A stretch of 64,000 nt of DNA from Macrostomum lignano (Eukaryota): positions 62,001-126,000 of the forward strand of contig NIVC01001433.1 in the NCBI GenBank assembly GCA_002269645.1, in the 5' to 3' direction. Within the stretch, counting starts at the first letter, position 1. Each line of letters begins with the position of its first letter. Below, one piece after another: positions 1-13,227 of the stretch. The notes below the pieces were generated by a model, which saw nothing but the letters and a program-made list of their open reading frames with translations, had not been told where the DNA came from and ran no database searches. Made by a program: the position numbers and the translations under genes.

Positions 1-1
1 G

Positions 2-1395
2 AACCAGGGCCTGTGCAGCAGCGGGGCTGGCCGGGCCGGACCCGACCCCGATCTGGACAGAATTCGCGATCGCCTGGCTGGAGTTCGGCGAAAACTGCTT
101 GTGCTGTCTGGCAAAGGCGGCGTTGGCAAGTCCACTGTTAGCGTCTGCCTGGCCCGCGCCTTTGCTGCCGCTGCCGCTGATGACGGCCAGGTGGAGACAC
201 CGGTGCATCAGCAGCCTCAGTTGCAGGTGGAGTTGCTTTTTTTCAGAAATTTGTCTGCCCAGCATTCTCGTCCGCCCTTCCTATCCTCGTCTGCCCCTTC
301 CATCCTTATCCGCCGTTCTATCCTCATCCGCCCCCTTCCTATCTTCATCCGCCCTTTTCCTATCCTCGTCCGCCCCCTTTCTATCCTCATCCGCCCCCTT
401 CCTATCCTCATCCGCCTATTTCTTATCCTCGTCCGCCCCCTTTCTATCCTCATCCACCCCTTCCTATCCTCATCCGCCCCATTCACAACCTCAACCTCAT
501 CCGCTCCCATTCACAACCTCAACCTCATCCGCTCCCATTCACACAACCTCAACCCCATCCGCCCCCATTCACAACCTCAACCCCATCCGCCCCATTCACA
601 ACCTCAACCTCATCCGCCCCCATTCACAACCTCAACCTCATCCGCCCCCATTCACACCTCAACCTCATCCGCCCCCATATACAACCTCAACCTCATCCGC
701 CCCCTAAACCCGCGCATCCGCAGGTGGGCCTCCTTGACGTGGACATCTGCGGGCCGTCGGTGCCCACCATGCTGGGCCTGCTGGGCGAAACTGTCCACCA
801 GAGCGCCGACGGCTGGTCGCCCGTCTACGCCGACGAGTCCCTCGCCGTCATGTCCGTCGCTTTTCTATTGGCCTCGCCAGACGAAGCGGTGGTTTGGCGC
901 GGGCCCCGTAAAAACGGATTAATTAAACAGTTTCTACGCGATGTAGATTGGGGCCAGCTGGACTACCTGTTGATTGACACGCCACCTGGCACCAGCGATG
1001 AGCACCTGTCAATTGTTCAGCTGCTCAAGTCTGCCGGAGTAGACGGAGCAATTATTGTCACCACGCCGCAGGAGGTGTCCCTTCTAGATGCTCGCAAGGA
1101 GGTGAATTTCTGCCGCCGGCTAGGCGTGCCTGTTCTAGGCGTCGTTGAAAACATGTCCGGTTATGTGTGTCCGAATTGTACACGAAAGTCAGACATTTTT
1201 CCGGCCACCACCGGAGGAGCTGCGGCTATGTGCAAAGAGTTCGGACTGCCGCTATTGGCCAGGGTGCCTATTGAGCCGGGGCTGGCGCGGGCCCTGGATC
1301 AGGGTCAATGTCCGATTGACACCATGCCTGACGGTAGCGAGACCATGACCGCTATGCGGCTCTTAATTGACCAGCTGAGGACTGCTCTTCCTTGA
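2..1395 (+). CDS. NUBP1: Cytosolic Fe-S cluster assembly factor NUBP1/Nbp35, 5'-partial; exons <1-190 and 724-1395
   Basis: Frame 2 reads NQGLC...[15 protein letters not shown] (deviant Walker A). After intron 191-723 (GT..AG, phase 0) it reads [53 protein letters not shown]. The N-terminal Cys extension favours NUBP1 over NUBP2. Confidence 0.93.
265..705 (+). repeat. C-rich minisatellite (about 21 bp, then about 28 bp units; core CATCCGCCCC) in the NUBP1 intron
   Basis: Tandem cctcatccgcccc(c)ttcctat, then cacaacctcaacctcatccgcccccatt. Confidence 0.85.
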
Positions 1396-1464
1396 TGAGG
1401 CCTCACTTGATTTGTATGCTCTGCTGCATTCTGGCCTGACCACGTTTGCTCTGATATGACTATA

Positions 1465-2150
1465 TTCATCCGTCTCCATCCGCCCCCTTATCCGTCCCCT
1501 CTCCGCCTCCATCCTTCCCTTATCCGCCTCCATCCGCCCCCCTTATCCGTCCCTTATCCGCCTCCATCTGCCCCCTTATCGGCTTCCATCCGTTCCTTAT
1601 CCGCCTCCATCCGTCTCCATCCGCCCCCTTATCCGCCTCCACCCGTCTCCATCCGCCCCCTTATCCGCCTCCATCCGCCTCCATCCTTCCCTTATCCGCC
1701 TCTATCCCCCCAATTATCCGCCTCTATCCGCCCCCTATCCGTCCCTTATCCGCCTCCATCTGCCTCCATCCGCCCTCTTATCGGCCTCCATCCGTTCCTT
1801 ATCCGCCTCCATCCGCCCTCTTATCGGCCAACATCCGTCTCCATCCGCCCCCTTATCCGCCTCCATCCGTCTCCATCCGCCCCCTTATCCGCCTCCATCC
1901 GTCTCCATCCGCCCCCTTATCCGCCTCCATCCGTCTCCATCCGCCCCCTTATCCGCCTCCATCCGTCTCCATCTGCCCCCTTATCCGCCTCCATCCGCCC
2001 CCTTTTCCGCCTCCATCCGCCTCCATCCGCCCCCTTATCGGCCTCTATCCGTCTCTTATCCGCCTCCATCCGCCCCCTTATCGGCCTTTATCCGCCTCCT
2101 TATCTGCTATCCATCCTTCTCTTCTCTACTTTTATCTGCGCTTCTATCCG
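1465..2150 (+). repeat. About 22-bp degenerate minisatellite ccgcctccatccgcccccttat
   Basis: Visible tandem units; shares the CATCCGCCCC core with the NUBP1 intron array. Confidence 0.85.
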
Positions 2151-2654
2151 CTCATTTTTTCATAAGCTCCGCCTCTATCAGCCTCTTGTTGTACGGAATG
2201 TAACTCGCCCTTCTCCCTCGCTACAGCAGACTTCTGGTTTGTGTTTTATTTGTACTCTGCACTGTAGAGTTAGCTGTTAAATTAATCATGATTTCTCAAT
2301 ACCAATTATGATGCTTAATCTTCTTAACTACGTTTAAGTGTCATGTCTTCATGTGTCATCGAACTGATAAAGTTATTGGTTAATCATATGCGTCATCTGC
2401 AATACAATAATATTACTCCAATTATTCGGCCAATATTCATTAAGATCTGCAATTAATGCTCTGAATTTGTACAAAAACTGTTGATTGTACTTCTAAATTC
2501 TAATGCTCTAAAGAATGTTTGTAGTAGAGTGGTTATCTTCGGGCTTGATTGATTTATAATGAATAATATCTTTTGGTTTTTGAATTTCTTTGCCAGGCTT
2601 CGTCTTTTCTTTGTTATAGTCATTTTGCTGCCGCATTAGGTTTACTGCAATATA

Positions 2655-4320
2655 TTCGACACTAACCTATTCTCTCTAATCCACTCTACTCTCTCCCTCC
2701 CTATTCTACACTCTGCTCTCTCTAGTCTACACTCTGCTCTCTCTAGTCTACACTCTACTCTCTCCATTCTATACTATGCTCTCCCTATTCTACACTCTGC
2801 TCTCTCTAGTCTACACTCTGCTCTCTCTAGTCTACACTCTACTCTCTCCATTCTATACTATGCTCTCCCTATTCTACGCTCTGCTCTCTCTAGTCTACGC
2901 TCTGCTCTCCCTGTTCTACACTCTGCTCTCCCTATTCTACACTCTGCTCTCTCTAGTCTACACTCTACTCTCCCTATTCTACACTCTGCTCTCCCTATTC
3001 TACACTCTGCTCTCTCTAGTCTACACTCTGCTCTCTCTAGTCTACACTCTGCTCTCCCTATTCTACACTCTGCTCTCCCTATTCTACACTCTGCTCTCTC
3101 TAGTCTACACTCTACTCTCTCCATTCTATACTATGCTCTCCCTATTCTACGCTCTGCTCTCTCTAGTCTACGCTCTGCTCTCTAGTCTACTCTCTACTCT
3201 CTCCATTCTACACTCTGCTCTCTCTAGTCTACACTCTACTCTCCCTATTCTACACTCTGCTCTCCCTGTTCTACACTCTGCTCTCCCTATTCTACACTCT
3301 GCTCTCCCTATTCTACACTCTGCTCTCCCTATTCTACACTCTGCTCTCTCTAGTCTACACTCTACTCTCTCCATTCTACACTCTGCTCTCCCTGTTCTAC
3401 ACTCTGCTCTCTCTAGTCTACACTCTGCTCTCTAGTCTACTCTCTACTCTCTCCATTCTACACTCTGCTCTCTCTAGTCTACACTCTACTCTCTCCATTC
3501 TACACCCTCCTCTCCCTATTCTACACTCTGCTCTCTCTAGTCTACACTCTGCTCTCTCTAGTCTACACTCCACTCTCTCCATTCTACACTCTGCCCTCCC
3601 TATTCTACACTCTGCTCTCCCTATTCTACACTCTGCTCTCCCTATTCTACACTCTGCTCTCCCTATTCTACACTCTGCTCTCCCTATTCTACACTCTGCT
3701 CTCCCTATTCTACACTCTTGCTCTCCCTATTCTACACTCTGCTCTCCCTATTCTACACTCTGCTCTCTCTAGTCTACACTCTACTCTCTCCATTCTACAC
3801 TCTTGCTCTCCCTATTCTACACTCTGCTCTCTCTAGTCTACACTCTGCTCTCTAGTCTACTCTCTACTCTCTCCATTCTACACTATGCTCTCCCTATTCT
3901 ACACTCTGCTCTCCCTATTCTACACTCTGCTCTCTCTAGTCTACACTCTACTCTCTCCATTCTACACCCTCCTCTCCCTATTCTACACTCTGCTCTCTCT
4001 AGTCTACACTCTAATCTCTCTAGTCTACACTCTACTCTCTCCATTCTACACTCTGCTCTCCCTATTCTACACTCTGCTCTCCCTATTCTACACTCTGCTC
4101 TCCCTATTCTACACTCTGCTCTCTCTAGTCTACACTCTACTCTCTCCATTCTACACTCTGCTCTCCCTATTCTACACTCTGCTCTCCCTATTCTACACTC
4201 TGCTCTCCCTATTCTACACTCTGCTCTCTCTAGTCTACACTCTACTCTCTCCATTCTACACTCTGCTCTCTCTAGTCTACACTCTGCTGTCTTTCTCCTC
4301 TACTCTCTACTCTCATCTAC
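2655..4320 (+). repeat. 21-bp minisatellite ctctgctctccctattctaca
   Basis: Tandem units; source of the LLSLFYT/HSALPIL pseudo-ORFs. Confidence 0.92.
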
Positions 4321-4495
4321 TCTAACTCTTTCGACTCCTCTCAGCTCTCTACTTACATTCTGCTCTTTTAAGTCTACCATCTCTCTCCAACTGTTCACCC
4401 AACTTCATAACCTGTTACTGAACTTCTTGCAAACTCACGACTCCTGCTCTAATTCTTTTTCCTCTTTAACTGCATCGACCCTCCGCCCTCTGCAG

Positions 4496-7400
4496 ACCGC
4501 AGAGCCGGCAACCGCCAAACCGGTTGAGACGCCCCTAGCGGCGTCAACGGGACCAGAGGATGACTCGAACCCCTGCCGCTCGTTCACCTGGGATGATTAC
4601 CTGCAGAATACGGGCGCCATCGCGGCCGATTCCGACACTTTCCATCACGTAGAAGCTGCCCACGCCAGCCTCTGCCGGCCTGGCATGCTGTTCGCGTTGC
4701 CATGGAAACGCGACACTTATTGGCCAGTTCGCATAGCAACTGTTAGCGGACCGTTGCTAGGCGTTCAATTCGTTGGCGCAGCTTCGTCGGTTGCTAAGGA
4801 GCAGCATCAGCATCAGCAGCCAGTGTGGTACAGCGTGGCCAGCAAGACTGGCAAATCGCTGGATTGGTGCCGCCAGAACCCCACGCTAGTAAAACCGCCG
4901 CCCGAAGTTCGAGTCGGCGACTCTTCAGACACTGCAGACGATGCCGTATTGAAAAGTTTATTACTAGGCAAAGGCGAAGGCGAAGGCGAGGACGCTCCGA
5001 CTGAGATGCTTGATGGTGACGCCCTGCAACCGGCTGAGAGGATTCTGGAGGGCGGCCTGTTGGAGTGCTGCGACTGTCTGATGCCATACGCTCTGTGGTT
5101 TGTTAAGGTTAGCTGGGATGCAGATGGAATGCAGATTGGTTCCAGTATCGGGTAGATTGGTTCCAGTTTCGGCTTTCGAGTAGATTGGTTCCAGTTTCTG
5201 GTAGATTGTTTCTAGTATCGGGTAGATTGGTTCCAGTATCGTGTAGATTGTTTCCAGTATCGTGTAGATTGTTTCCAGTATCGGGTAGATTGGTTCCAGT
5301 ATCAGGTAGATTGGTTCCAGTATCGTGTAGATTGTTTCCAGTATCGGGTAGATTGTTTCCAATATCGGTTAGATTGGTTCCAGTATCGTGTAGATTGGTT
5401 CCAGTATCGTGTAGATTGTTTCCAGTATCGGGTAGATTGGTTCCAGTATCAGGTAGATTGTTTCCAGTATCGGGTAGATTGGTTCCAGTATCAGGTAGAT
5501 TGTTTCCAGTATCGGTTAGATTGGTTCCAGTGTCTGGTAGATTGGTTCCAGTTACTGGTAGATTGGTTCCAGTATCAGGTAGATTGGTTCCAGTTTCGGG
5601 TAGATTGGTTCCAGTATCGGGTAGATTGGTTCCAGTATCGGGTAGATTGGTTCCAGTTTCGGCTTTCGGGTAGATTGGTTCCAGTTTCTGGTAGATTGTT
5701 TCAAGTATCGGGTAGATTGGTTCCAGTATCGGGTAGGTTGGTTCCAGTTTCGGCTTTCGGGTAGGTTGGTTCCAGTATCGGGTAGATTGGTTCCAGTTTC
5801 GGCTTTCGGGTAGGTTGGTTCCAGTATTGGGTAGATTGGTTCCAGTTTCGGCTTTCGGGTAGGTTGGTTCCAGTATCGGGTAGATTGGTTCCAGTTTCGG
5901 CTTTCGGGTAGGTTGGTTCCAGTATCGGGTAGATTGGTTCCAGTTTCGGCTTTCGGGTAGATCGGTTCCTTAATCTAATAGCGCAGTTCCAGTTTCCTCA
6001 GTGCGAGCACCTCGAACGCCATCATCCCGCCACCCAAAGGTCGTTAGCAACCGCGGCGGCCGACTCCAGCTCGTGTGGATGGACGAGCAGTGCTCGGAGC
6101 CCCGGCCCGACAGAGAGCCGTTCTACCTGTTCTTCACCAGCCACCGACTGCATCCGTTGGGGTTTGGCGCCTCGGATAGCGAGCAGAAGTCGTCACTTCC
6201 CTACTATTATTCTCCCAGCCTGACCGAGTCGGGCCGGGTGTCCAACGAGTCGGCCACCAGCCTATCGTCGTCATGGCAACCAGCATTAGCCGGTAAATTT
6301 ATGCGCAAGCATCGGGCCCCGCCGCAGCATAGATTCCGCTTGGGCCATCGAATGGAAGCTGTGCATCCGGTGCATAGGCGGACTATCCAGCCCGCCTCTG
6401 TCGTGTCAGTGATTGACAAGCACTTTTTCATTGTCGAATTGGACGATTTACGGCCGCCTAGTGAACGGCAGAGCGTGAAACGGTTGTGCACTGCGGAGAC
6501 CTGCGAGATATTCGCCGCTAATACTTGCGCCTCGAGGTCGCTGCCCTTGACTCCTCCGCCGGGTGAGTTTACCAGTGTCGGTTGTGGGATATTTATCAAT
6601 GTGTCAGCTGTAGAATGTTATCTGTGTCGGTTATGAGGTGTTTGTTAGTGTTTGTTGTAGGGTGTTTATTGGTGTCGTTTGTGAAATGTTTATCGGAGTC
6701 AGTTGCGGGGTGTTTATCAGCTAGTCAGTGATGGGAATGTCGATCTGCTAGTTAGTGGTTGGGTTGTTTATCAGCTTGTCAGTCGTACAGCGGGGTGTTT
6801 ATCAGCTAGTCAGTTGTGGGGGTGTTTATCAGCTAGTCAGTTGTGGGGGTGTTTATCAGCTAGTCAGTTGTGGGGGGTGTTTATCAGCTAGTCAGTTGTG
6901 GGGGTGTTTATCAGCTAGTCAGTTGTGGGGGTGTTTATCAGCTAGTCAGTTGTGGGGGTGTTTATCAGCTAGTCAGTTGGGGGGGGGTGTTTATCAGCTA
7001 GTCAGTTGTGGGGGTGTTTATCAGCTAGTCAGTTGTGGGGGTGTTTATCAGCTAGTCAGTTGTGGGGGTGTTTATCAGCTAGTCAGTTGTGGGGGTGTTT
7101 ATCAGCTAGTCAGTTGTGGGGGTGTTTATCAGCTAGTCAGTTGTGGGGGTGTTTATCAGCTAGTCAGTTGTGGGGGTGTTTATCAGCTAGTCAGTTGTGG
7201 GGGTGTTTATCAGCTAGTCAGTTGTGGGGGTGTTTATCAGCTAGTCAGTTGTGGGGGTGTTTATCAGCTAGTCAGTTGTGGGGTGTTTATCAGCTAGTTT
7301 ATCAGTGTAGACTAGACTAGCATAACTACAAAACGGCCCATCACAAACCACTGTACTCCCATTAACCGCAATTCCCAGGTCACAGCGGCCACTTCACCTG

Positions 7401-9249
7401 GGCTGGTTACCTGGCCAGCCTCCCAGCCTCATCGGACGGTCAAGCCGCCCAGGCCCCGCCCGACTCATATTTCCAGCTGCCAGACGAAGAGTTCGACTTT
7501 TGTCTGGGCGAAAAGTTGGAAATGGTCAGCCAAGAGGAACCAGCTAATACTCTGGTGCCGGCCACCATCACCAGGTTTATTGGCCGGCTGATGCTGCTGC
7601 ATCTCAATCATCTGCCGCCGCTGTCTCCGCCAATTCTGGTTGACATGGGATCCACCAGCCTGTTCCACGTTGGCTGGGCCGAACTGAATGGCCATCGAAT
7701 GTCTGTGCCGTTTTGCTATCAACAGGTATATTAATGAATACTTACTCAAATTAATTGCTTTATGTTTTCACTTTAGTCACAAGGTTCACTCTGACCCACT
7801 AATTAACCTACTCATTGATCCACTAATTGACCTACTTTTTGGCCTACTTTTTGACCTACTTATTGACCTACTTATTGACCCACTTGTTGACCTACTTTTT
7901 GACCTACTTATTGACCCACTTGTTGACCTACTCAGTAAAGCCTGCTAATAGGCGTACTATAACTAATTTAATAATTTTACCTCTAGTTTAGAGTACCTTA
8001 TTTTTATAACTACTATTCGATGTATTGACGCATATGCAATATATTTTACCCTTCAGTGAACATGCTTTACTTATTATTCTAATACACACGCTTCTCGCCT
8101 ACTAACAGTAGCAATCTGTAGAAAAAATGTTATAGTAAAGCCTTTTAAAAAGTCTCAACTACCCTGCCACCATTGCAGGCGGCCCATCACAAGCGCCTGC
8201 TAACTAACGTGCATCCGCCAAGCTGGTGCAGCAAAATCTACGTCAACAGCCGTTGCCACGTGGGCCCCAGCCTGTCCAAAGGCTCCGTAGATGGCCTACC
8301 AAAGTCCCTCGGTCCAGGCGACGTGTGCGTCCTACTCGAAGACCTAATCAGTCGAATAGTACAAGCGGCCTACAATCCCACGAAGGTGTTAAAAGACATC
8401 GAGCGTGATCCCGAAGAGCCGCGCGATTCTCTGGCTCAACGCCCGATGAAAGCGAAGTTCAAAGGCAAATCTTATTCGTCAATAGTGCAGCTGTGCAATA
8501 ACAGCATGTTTCTAGACGAATATTTGAAGCAGTTCTGCATCAGACTGAAGGCCTGCCCCTATTTTGTTAGCGTATTCCGTTTGCGCACCTCCTGCCCGGA
8601 GACCTGTCAGGCCAGATTAAAGAAACTGCTCACAGTCGAACGGTTGCCAAGGAAGACTCGACCGCCTAGGCTGCTCAGACCGAATGCTTCGGCTAGCAAT
8701 CTGCCTCAGCTGGAGCAGCAACCGCAGCATCAGGCAGGCGGAGACGACAGCTATCAAGGTGGCGCCGATGTTGACGACGATCTGGCTAGCAACCATTCCT
8801 CAGCTAATGGCGGCGCCGCTCGGGTGCAAACTCGCGGCGTCCGTCTGCCCAGCTACGCCCTGCTAGAGAAGCGCAAAAAGCGGCGCAATAATAATCATAA
8901 CGATGATCAGCAGCAGCAGCAGCAGCAGCAGGCTTCTGCCTCGACTGGAGCGGCCGCATCTGCTACTACTACTAGTAGTAAGAAAGCTAAATTAGCTCCT
9001 CCATTGATTTCTAATCCGTTGCATTGGTCAATTGACGAATTGTTAATCTATTTGAAATCCAATACGGACATATCTGACGATGTCTGCGAGCTGCTCGTGT
9101 CTGAGAAGGTCGATGGACAGGCCTTCCTGTTGCTGACTCTGCCCACTGTTGTTAGCGGGCTGGGCTTGTCTCTGTCAGCCTCTGCCGAGCTCTGCCACTG
9201 CGTCTGGCAGCTTAAGAAGGCCTTCTTTCAGCAGTTCGCCAATAGCTAG
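4496..9249 (+). CDS. SFMBT: Scm-like protein with four MBT domains (4xMBT-SLED-SAM, Polycomb group); exons 4496-5107, 6040-6562, 7379-7725, 8179-9249; start codon not located
   Basis: MBT repeats ([24 protein letters not shown]; LWFVK|VVSNRGGRL; [12 protein letters not shown]; [14 protein letters not shown]), SLED-like segment ([22 protein letters not shown]) and C-terminal SAM ([34 protein letters not shown]). All three introns are GT-AG with matching phases (0,1,0). Confidence 0.88.
5135..5965 (+). repeat. 21-bp minisatellite gtagattggttccagtatcgg (SFMBT intron 5108-6039)
   Basis: Tandem units filling the intron. Confidence 0.92.
6705..7300 (+). repeat. 27-bp minisatellite ggggtgtttatcagctagtcagttgtg (SFMBT intron 6563-7378)
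   Basis: Near-perfect period of 27. Confidence 0.92.
7790..7935 (+). repeat. 12-bp minisatellite ttgacctactta (SFMBT intron 7726-8178)
   Basis: Tandem ttgacc(t/c)actt(a/t/g). Confidence 0.75.
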
Positions 9250-9489
9250 TCTATGGGAAACCGAGCTGGTTCTTTGACTTTTCCTCTCTACTCACTATTT
9301 ATTTTTATTAGTCTTTGTGTTTATTCGGTATTGTTGTCGCACTTGTTATCAATTTGTGTGTCTGCTTTCAGCTAATTAGCAGTGTGCACTCCTCTGTGTC
9401 TGCGTATCTTTGTCTGTCTCTCTACTCTAACTTGTTCAGCTCGTGTGTCTGTCTCTAGGCCTCTTACTGCCACCCCCGTCATCTATCCT

Positions 9490-10615
9490 TATTTCTCTCC
9501 TCTTCTCTTTGCTCTCTCTCCTTCTCCTCTCTCTCCCTCTCCTCTCTCTCCTTCTCCTCTCTCTCCTTCTCCTCTCTCTCTCCTTCTCCTCTCTCTCCCT
9601 CTCCTCTCTCTCCTTCTCCTCTCTCTCCTTCTCCTCTCTCTCCTTCTCCTCTCTCTCCTTCTCCTCTCTCTCCTTCTCCTCTCTCTCTCCTCTCTCTCCT
9701 TCTCCTCTCTCTCCTTCTCCTCTCTCTCCTCTCTCTCTCCTTCTCCTCTCTCTCCTTCTCCTCTCTCTCCTCTCTCTCTCTCTCTCTCCTCTCTCTCTCC
9801 CTCTCCTCTCCTCTCTCTCTCCCTCTCCTCTCTCTCCCTCTCCTCTCCTTCTCCTCTCTCTCTCCCTCTCCTCTCTCTCCCTCTCCTCTCTCTCTCTCCT
9901 CTCTCTCTCCCTCTCCTCTCCTTCTCCTCTCTCCCTCTCCTCTCTCTCTCTCTCCTCTCTCTCCCTCTCCTCTCCTTCTCCTCTCTCCCTCTCCTCTCTC
10001 TCCTCTCTCTCTCCCTCTCCTCTCTCTCTCCTTCTCCTCTCTCTCTCCTCTCTCTCTCCCTCTCCTCTCTCTCTCCTTCTCCTCTCTCTCTCCCTCTCCT
10101 CTCTCCCCCTCTCCTCTCTCTCTCTCTCTCCTCTCTCTCCCTCTCCTCTCCTTCTCCTCTCTCCCTCTCCTCTCTCCTCTCTCTCTCCCTCTCCTCTCCT
10201 TCTCCTCTCTCCCTCTCCTCTCTCTCTCTCTCCTCTCTCTCCCTCTCCTCTCCTCTCTCTCTCCCTCTCCTCTCTCCCCCTCTCCTCTCTCTCTCTCCTC
10301 TCTCTCCCTCTCCTCTCCTTCTCCTCTCTCCCTTCCTCTCTCTCCTCTCTCTCTCCCTCTCCTCTCTCTCTCTCCTTCTCCTCTCTCTCTCCTTCTCCTC
10401 TCTCTCTCTCCTTCTCCTCTCTCTCTCCTTCTCCTCTCTCTCTCCTTCTCCTCTCTCTCTCTCCTTCTCCTCTCTCTCTCTCCTTCTCCTCTGCTCTCTC
10501 CTCTCCTCTCCTCTCCTCTCCCCTCCTCTCCCCATCGCCTCTCCTCTCGTCTCGTCTCTCCTCTTCTCACCTTTCATCTCCTTTCTCCTCTCCTCTCTTC
10601 TCTCTCTTCTCTTCT
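9490..10615 (+). repeat. CT-rich simple repeat (polypyrimidine tract)
   Basis: About 1.1 kb almost entirely C/T. Confidence 0.95.
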
Positions 10616-11374
10616 GTTTTGCGGTAGTTAAAATCGTTTTGCTATTTAAATTTAGTTCTTTTCATTAAGTATTTGTGTACAAACACGAAACACGGAACTT
10701 GTTAATATTCATTTCATTTGTCTAATAAATTCTGCTCTGACCTTAACAGAAGAATTACTGTTTTTTCTTCTCTTCCATAAGTGTTTGTGATTTAGATAAA
10801 TTATCTATAATAAGCTCTCTATTGCTGCTCCAATTCTAAGAGACGCGTTGCCATTCTTTCTGTCCAAAAGTATCTTTTAATTGTTGTGCTAAGCTCACAA
10901 GAAATGTTTATTAAATAAGGAGTTTATGTCGAAACAATATTTATTGCGTCTGCTTAAAGTACAATTCATTGTAGTGCTGTAATTGAAATTCCAATGTCAT
11001 ATTTTATTTGAAATTACCATAAACTCCTTTCCTTATCTGATGGCCAAGCAATTTTCGCTTAGTGCGATAGTGTTTAATAATAATCTTTCTTAAATTAATA
11101 AATTAACTACCTATCTACAGTAAATACTATCTATCGTAATTTTAGTAATAAAAAAGAACTAACTTTCTATTTCCAGACACCACGTCAGTATGCATCGTTT
11201 TTTATTACTTGTATCAACGATAATAATTCATTGTGGTTTATGATTTATAATATAATATATTATTTAAGTTACGAGTGCGCACCGTGTGACCGTGTGCGCG
11301 TTTATTTACTCGATAACTTTTATAACAGTTTATAAATGCAGTTAATCTCGTGTCATTTCGCTTTTAATCCTGTA

Positions 11375-12395
11375 AAAGTCATGACCTTGACTCGTGAAGG
11401 AATCGGGAATCCCGTACAAACCATGACCTTGACTCGTGAAGGAATCGGGAATCCCGTACAAATCATGACCTTGACTCGTAAAGGAATCGGTCATCCCGTA
11501 CAAATCATGACCTTGACTCGTAAAGGAATTGGGAATCCCGTACAAACCATGACCTTGACTCGTGAAGGAATCGGGAATCCCGTACAAACCATGACCTTGA
11601 CTCGTAAAGGAATCGGGAGTCCCGTACAAATCATGACCTTGACTCGTAAAGGAATCGGGAATCCCGTACAAACCATGACCTTGACTCGTAAAGGAATCGG
11701 GAATCCCGTACAAACCATGACCTTGACTCGTAAAGGAATCGGGAATCCCGTACAAATCATGACCTTGACTCGTAAAGGAATCGGGAATCCCGTACAAACC
11801 ATGACCTTGACTCGTAAAGGAATCGGGAATCCCGTACAAACCATGACCTTGACTCGTAAAGGAATCGGGAATCCCGTACAAATCATGACCTTGACTCGTG
11901 AAGGAATCAGGAATCCCGTACAAACCATGACCTTGACTCGTAAAGGAATCGGGAATCCCGTAAAAACCATGACCTTGACTCGTAAAGGAATCGGGAATCC
12001 CGTACAAACCATGACCTTGACTCGTAAAGGAATCGGGAATCCCGTACAAACCATGACCTTGACTCGTAAAGGAATCGGGAATCCCGTACAAATCATGACC
12101 TTGACTCGTAAAGGAATCGGGAATCCCGTACAAACCATGACCTTGACTCGTAAAGGAATCGGGAATCCCGTACAAACCATGACCTTGACTCGTAAAGGAA
12201 TCGGGAATCCCGTACAAATCATGACCTTGACTCGTAAAGGAATCGGGAATCCCGTACAAACCATGACCTTGACTCGTAAAGGAATCGGGAATCCCGTACA
12301 AATCATGACCTTGACTCGTGAAGGATTTGGAAATCCCGTGCAAATCATGACCTTGAATCTTGGGTAATCGAATCGGGAATCCCATATAAATCATG
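11375..12395 (+). repeat. 42-bp minisatellite catgaccttgactcgtaaaggaatcgggaatcccgtacaaac, about 23 copies
   Basis: Period 42 (14-aa pseudo-repeat); units directly adjacent with no spacers. Confidence 0.95.
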
Positions 12396-13227
12396 AATAA
12401 TTGATTAGGTTATTTTTTCTTTTAATTAATCAAACTAATGACCTTGAATCTACTAAAGAATGAGCTTTGTATTTGTTAAGAAAATATCGATTGAAAACGG
12501 CTACAATGTGACTTAAGACCTGATTTGTACCATATCTCTCCTAGTTAAAGGGTAATTTTTTTAAGAAACGCAAACTACATTGGAAGTATGTGTGTACTGT
12601 ACGTTTTGTGTTCTGTATATTCTCAGAAAAGTCACGTGTGTTAGGCCAATATGTGTTACCCTGAAGGCACCGGGTGCACTGATCCGAGAGGGATTGAGTT
12701 TCTTTGCAACTCGCTTCGTTCGTTTCCTTGGTGGTGGGGGGGGGGGTGGCTGCAGAAAAAGAGGGAGAAGAGAGACGTGGCAGATAGAAAATTGGACGAA
12801 AAATTATTATAACCTCTGAGACGCGTTCTCAGTTCTCTGCACCTCTCCGTACTATACTAACTCTTCAATTCTATAATGCTCAATGAAACAGCTGCTGTTG
12901 CTGCTGCTGTTGCTGCTGCGATATCTGAAAGTCCAACAGCCAATGGGAGCAGACTAGAGGGACAGAAAGAGAGACCTGTTCGTTGTTTTCTGTCCTCTTC
13001 AAATATCCCATATCTCTATATTATATAGCGTAGTCAGTCATATAGCTAGACCTGCTCAAGATCCTAAACACAGCTGACAGGTTGCTAAGCTGAATTCAAG
13101 ACGGCTGTTGAAGAGCAAAGCTGGTTAAATAAATAATAATGCAGTTCATTACTGCGGCTGATTTGAAATTCTGCTCTGCAGCTAGCAGGTGAGTGTGGCG
13201 TGATGACTTTAAGGCCATGTTTTCATA

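Noticed and set aside
11375-12395. CRISPR-like appearance of the 40-45-bp arrays (also 39755-40320 and 58458-59512)
   Set aside because: Units are directly adjacent with no unique spacers, there are no cas genes, and the context is eukaryotic.
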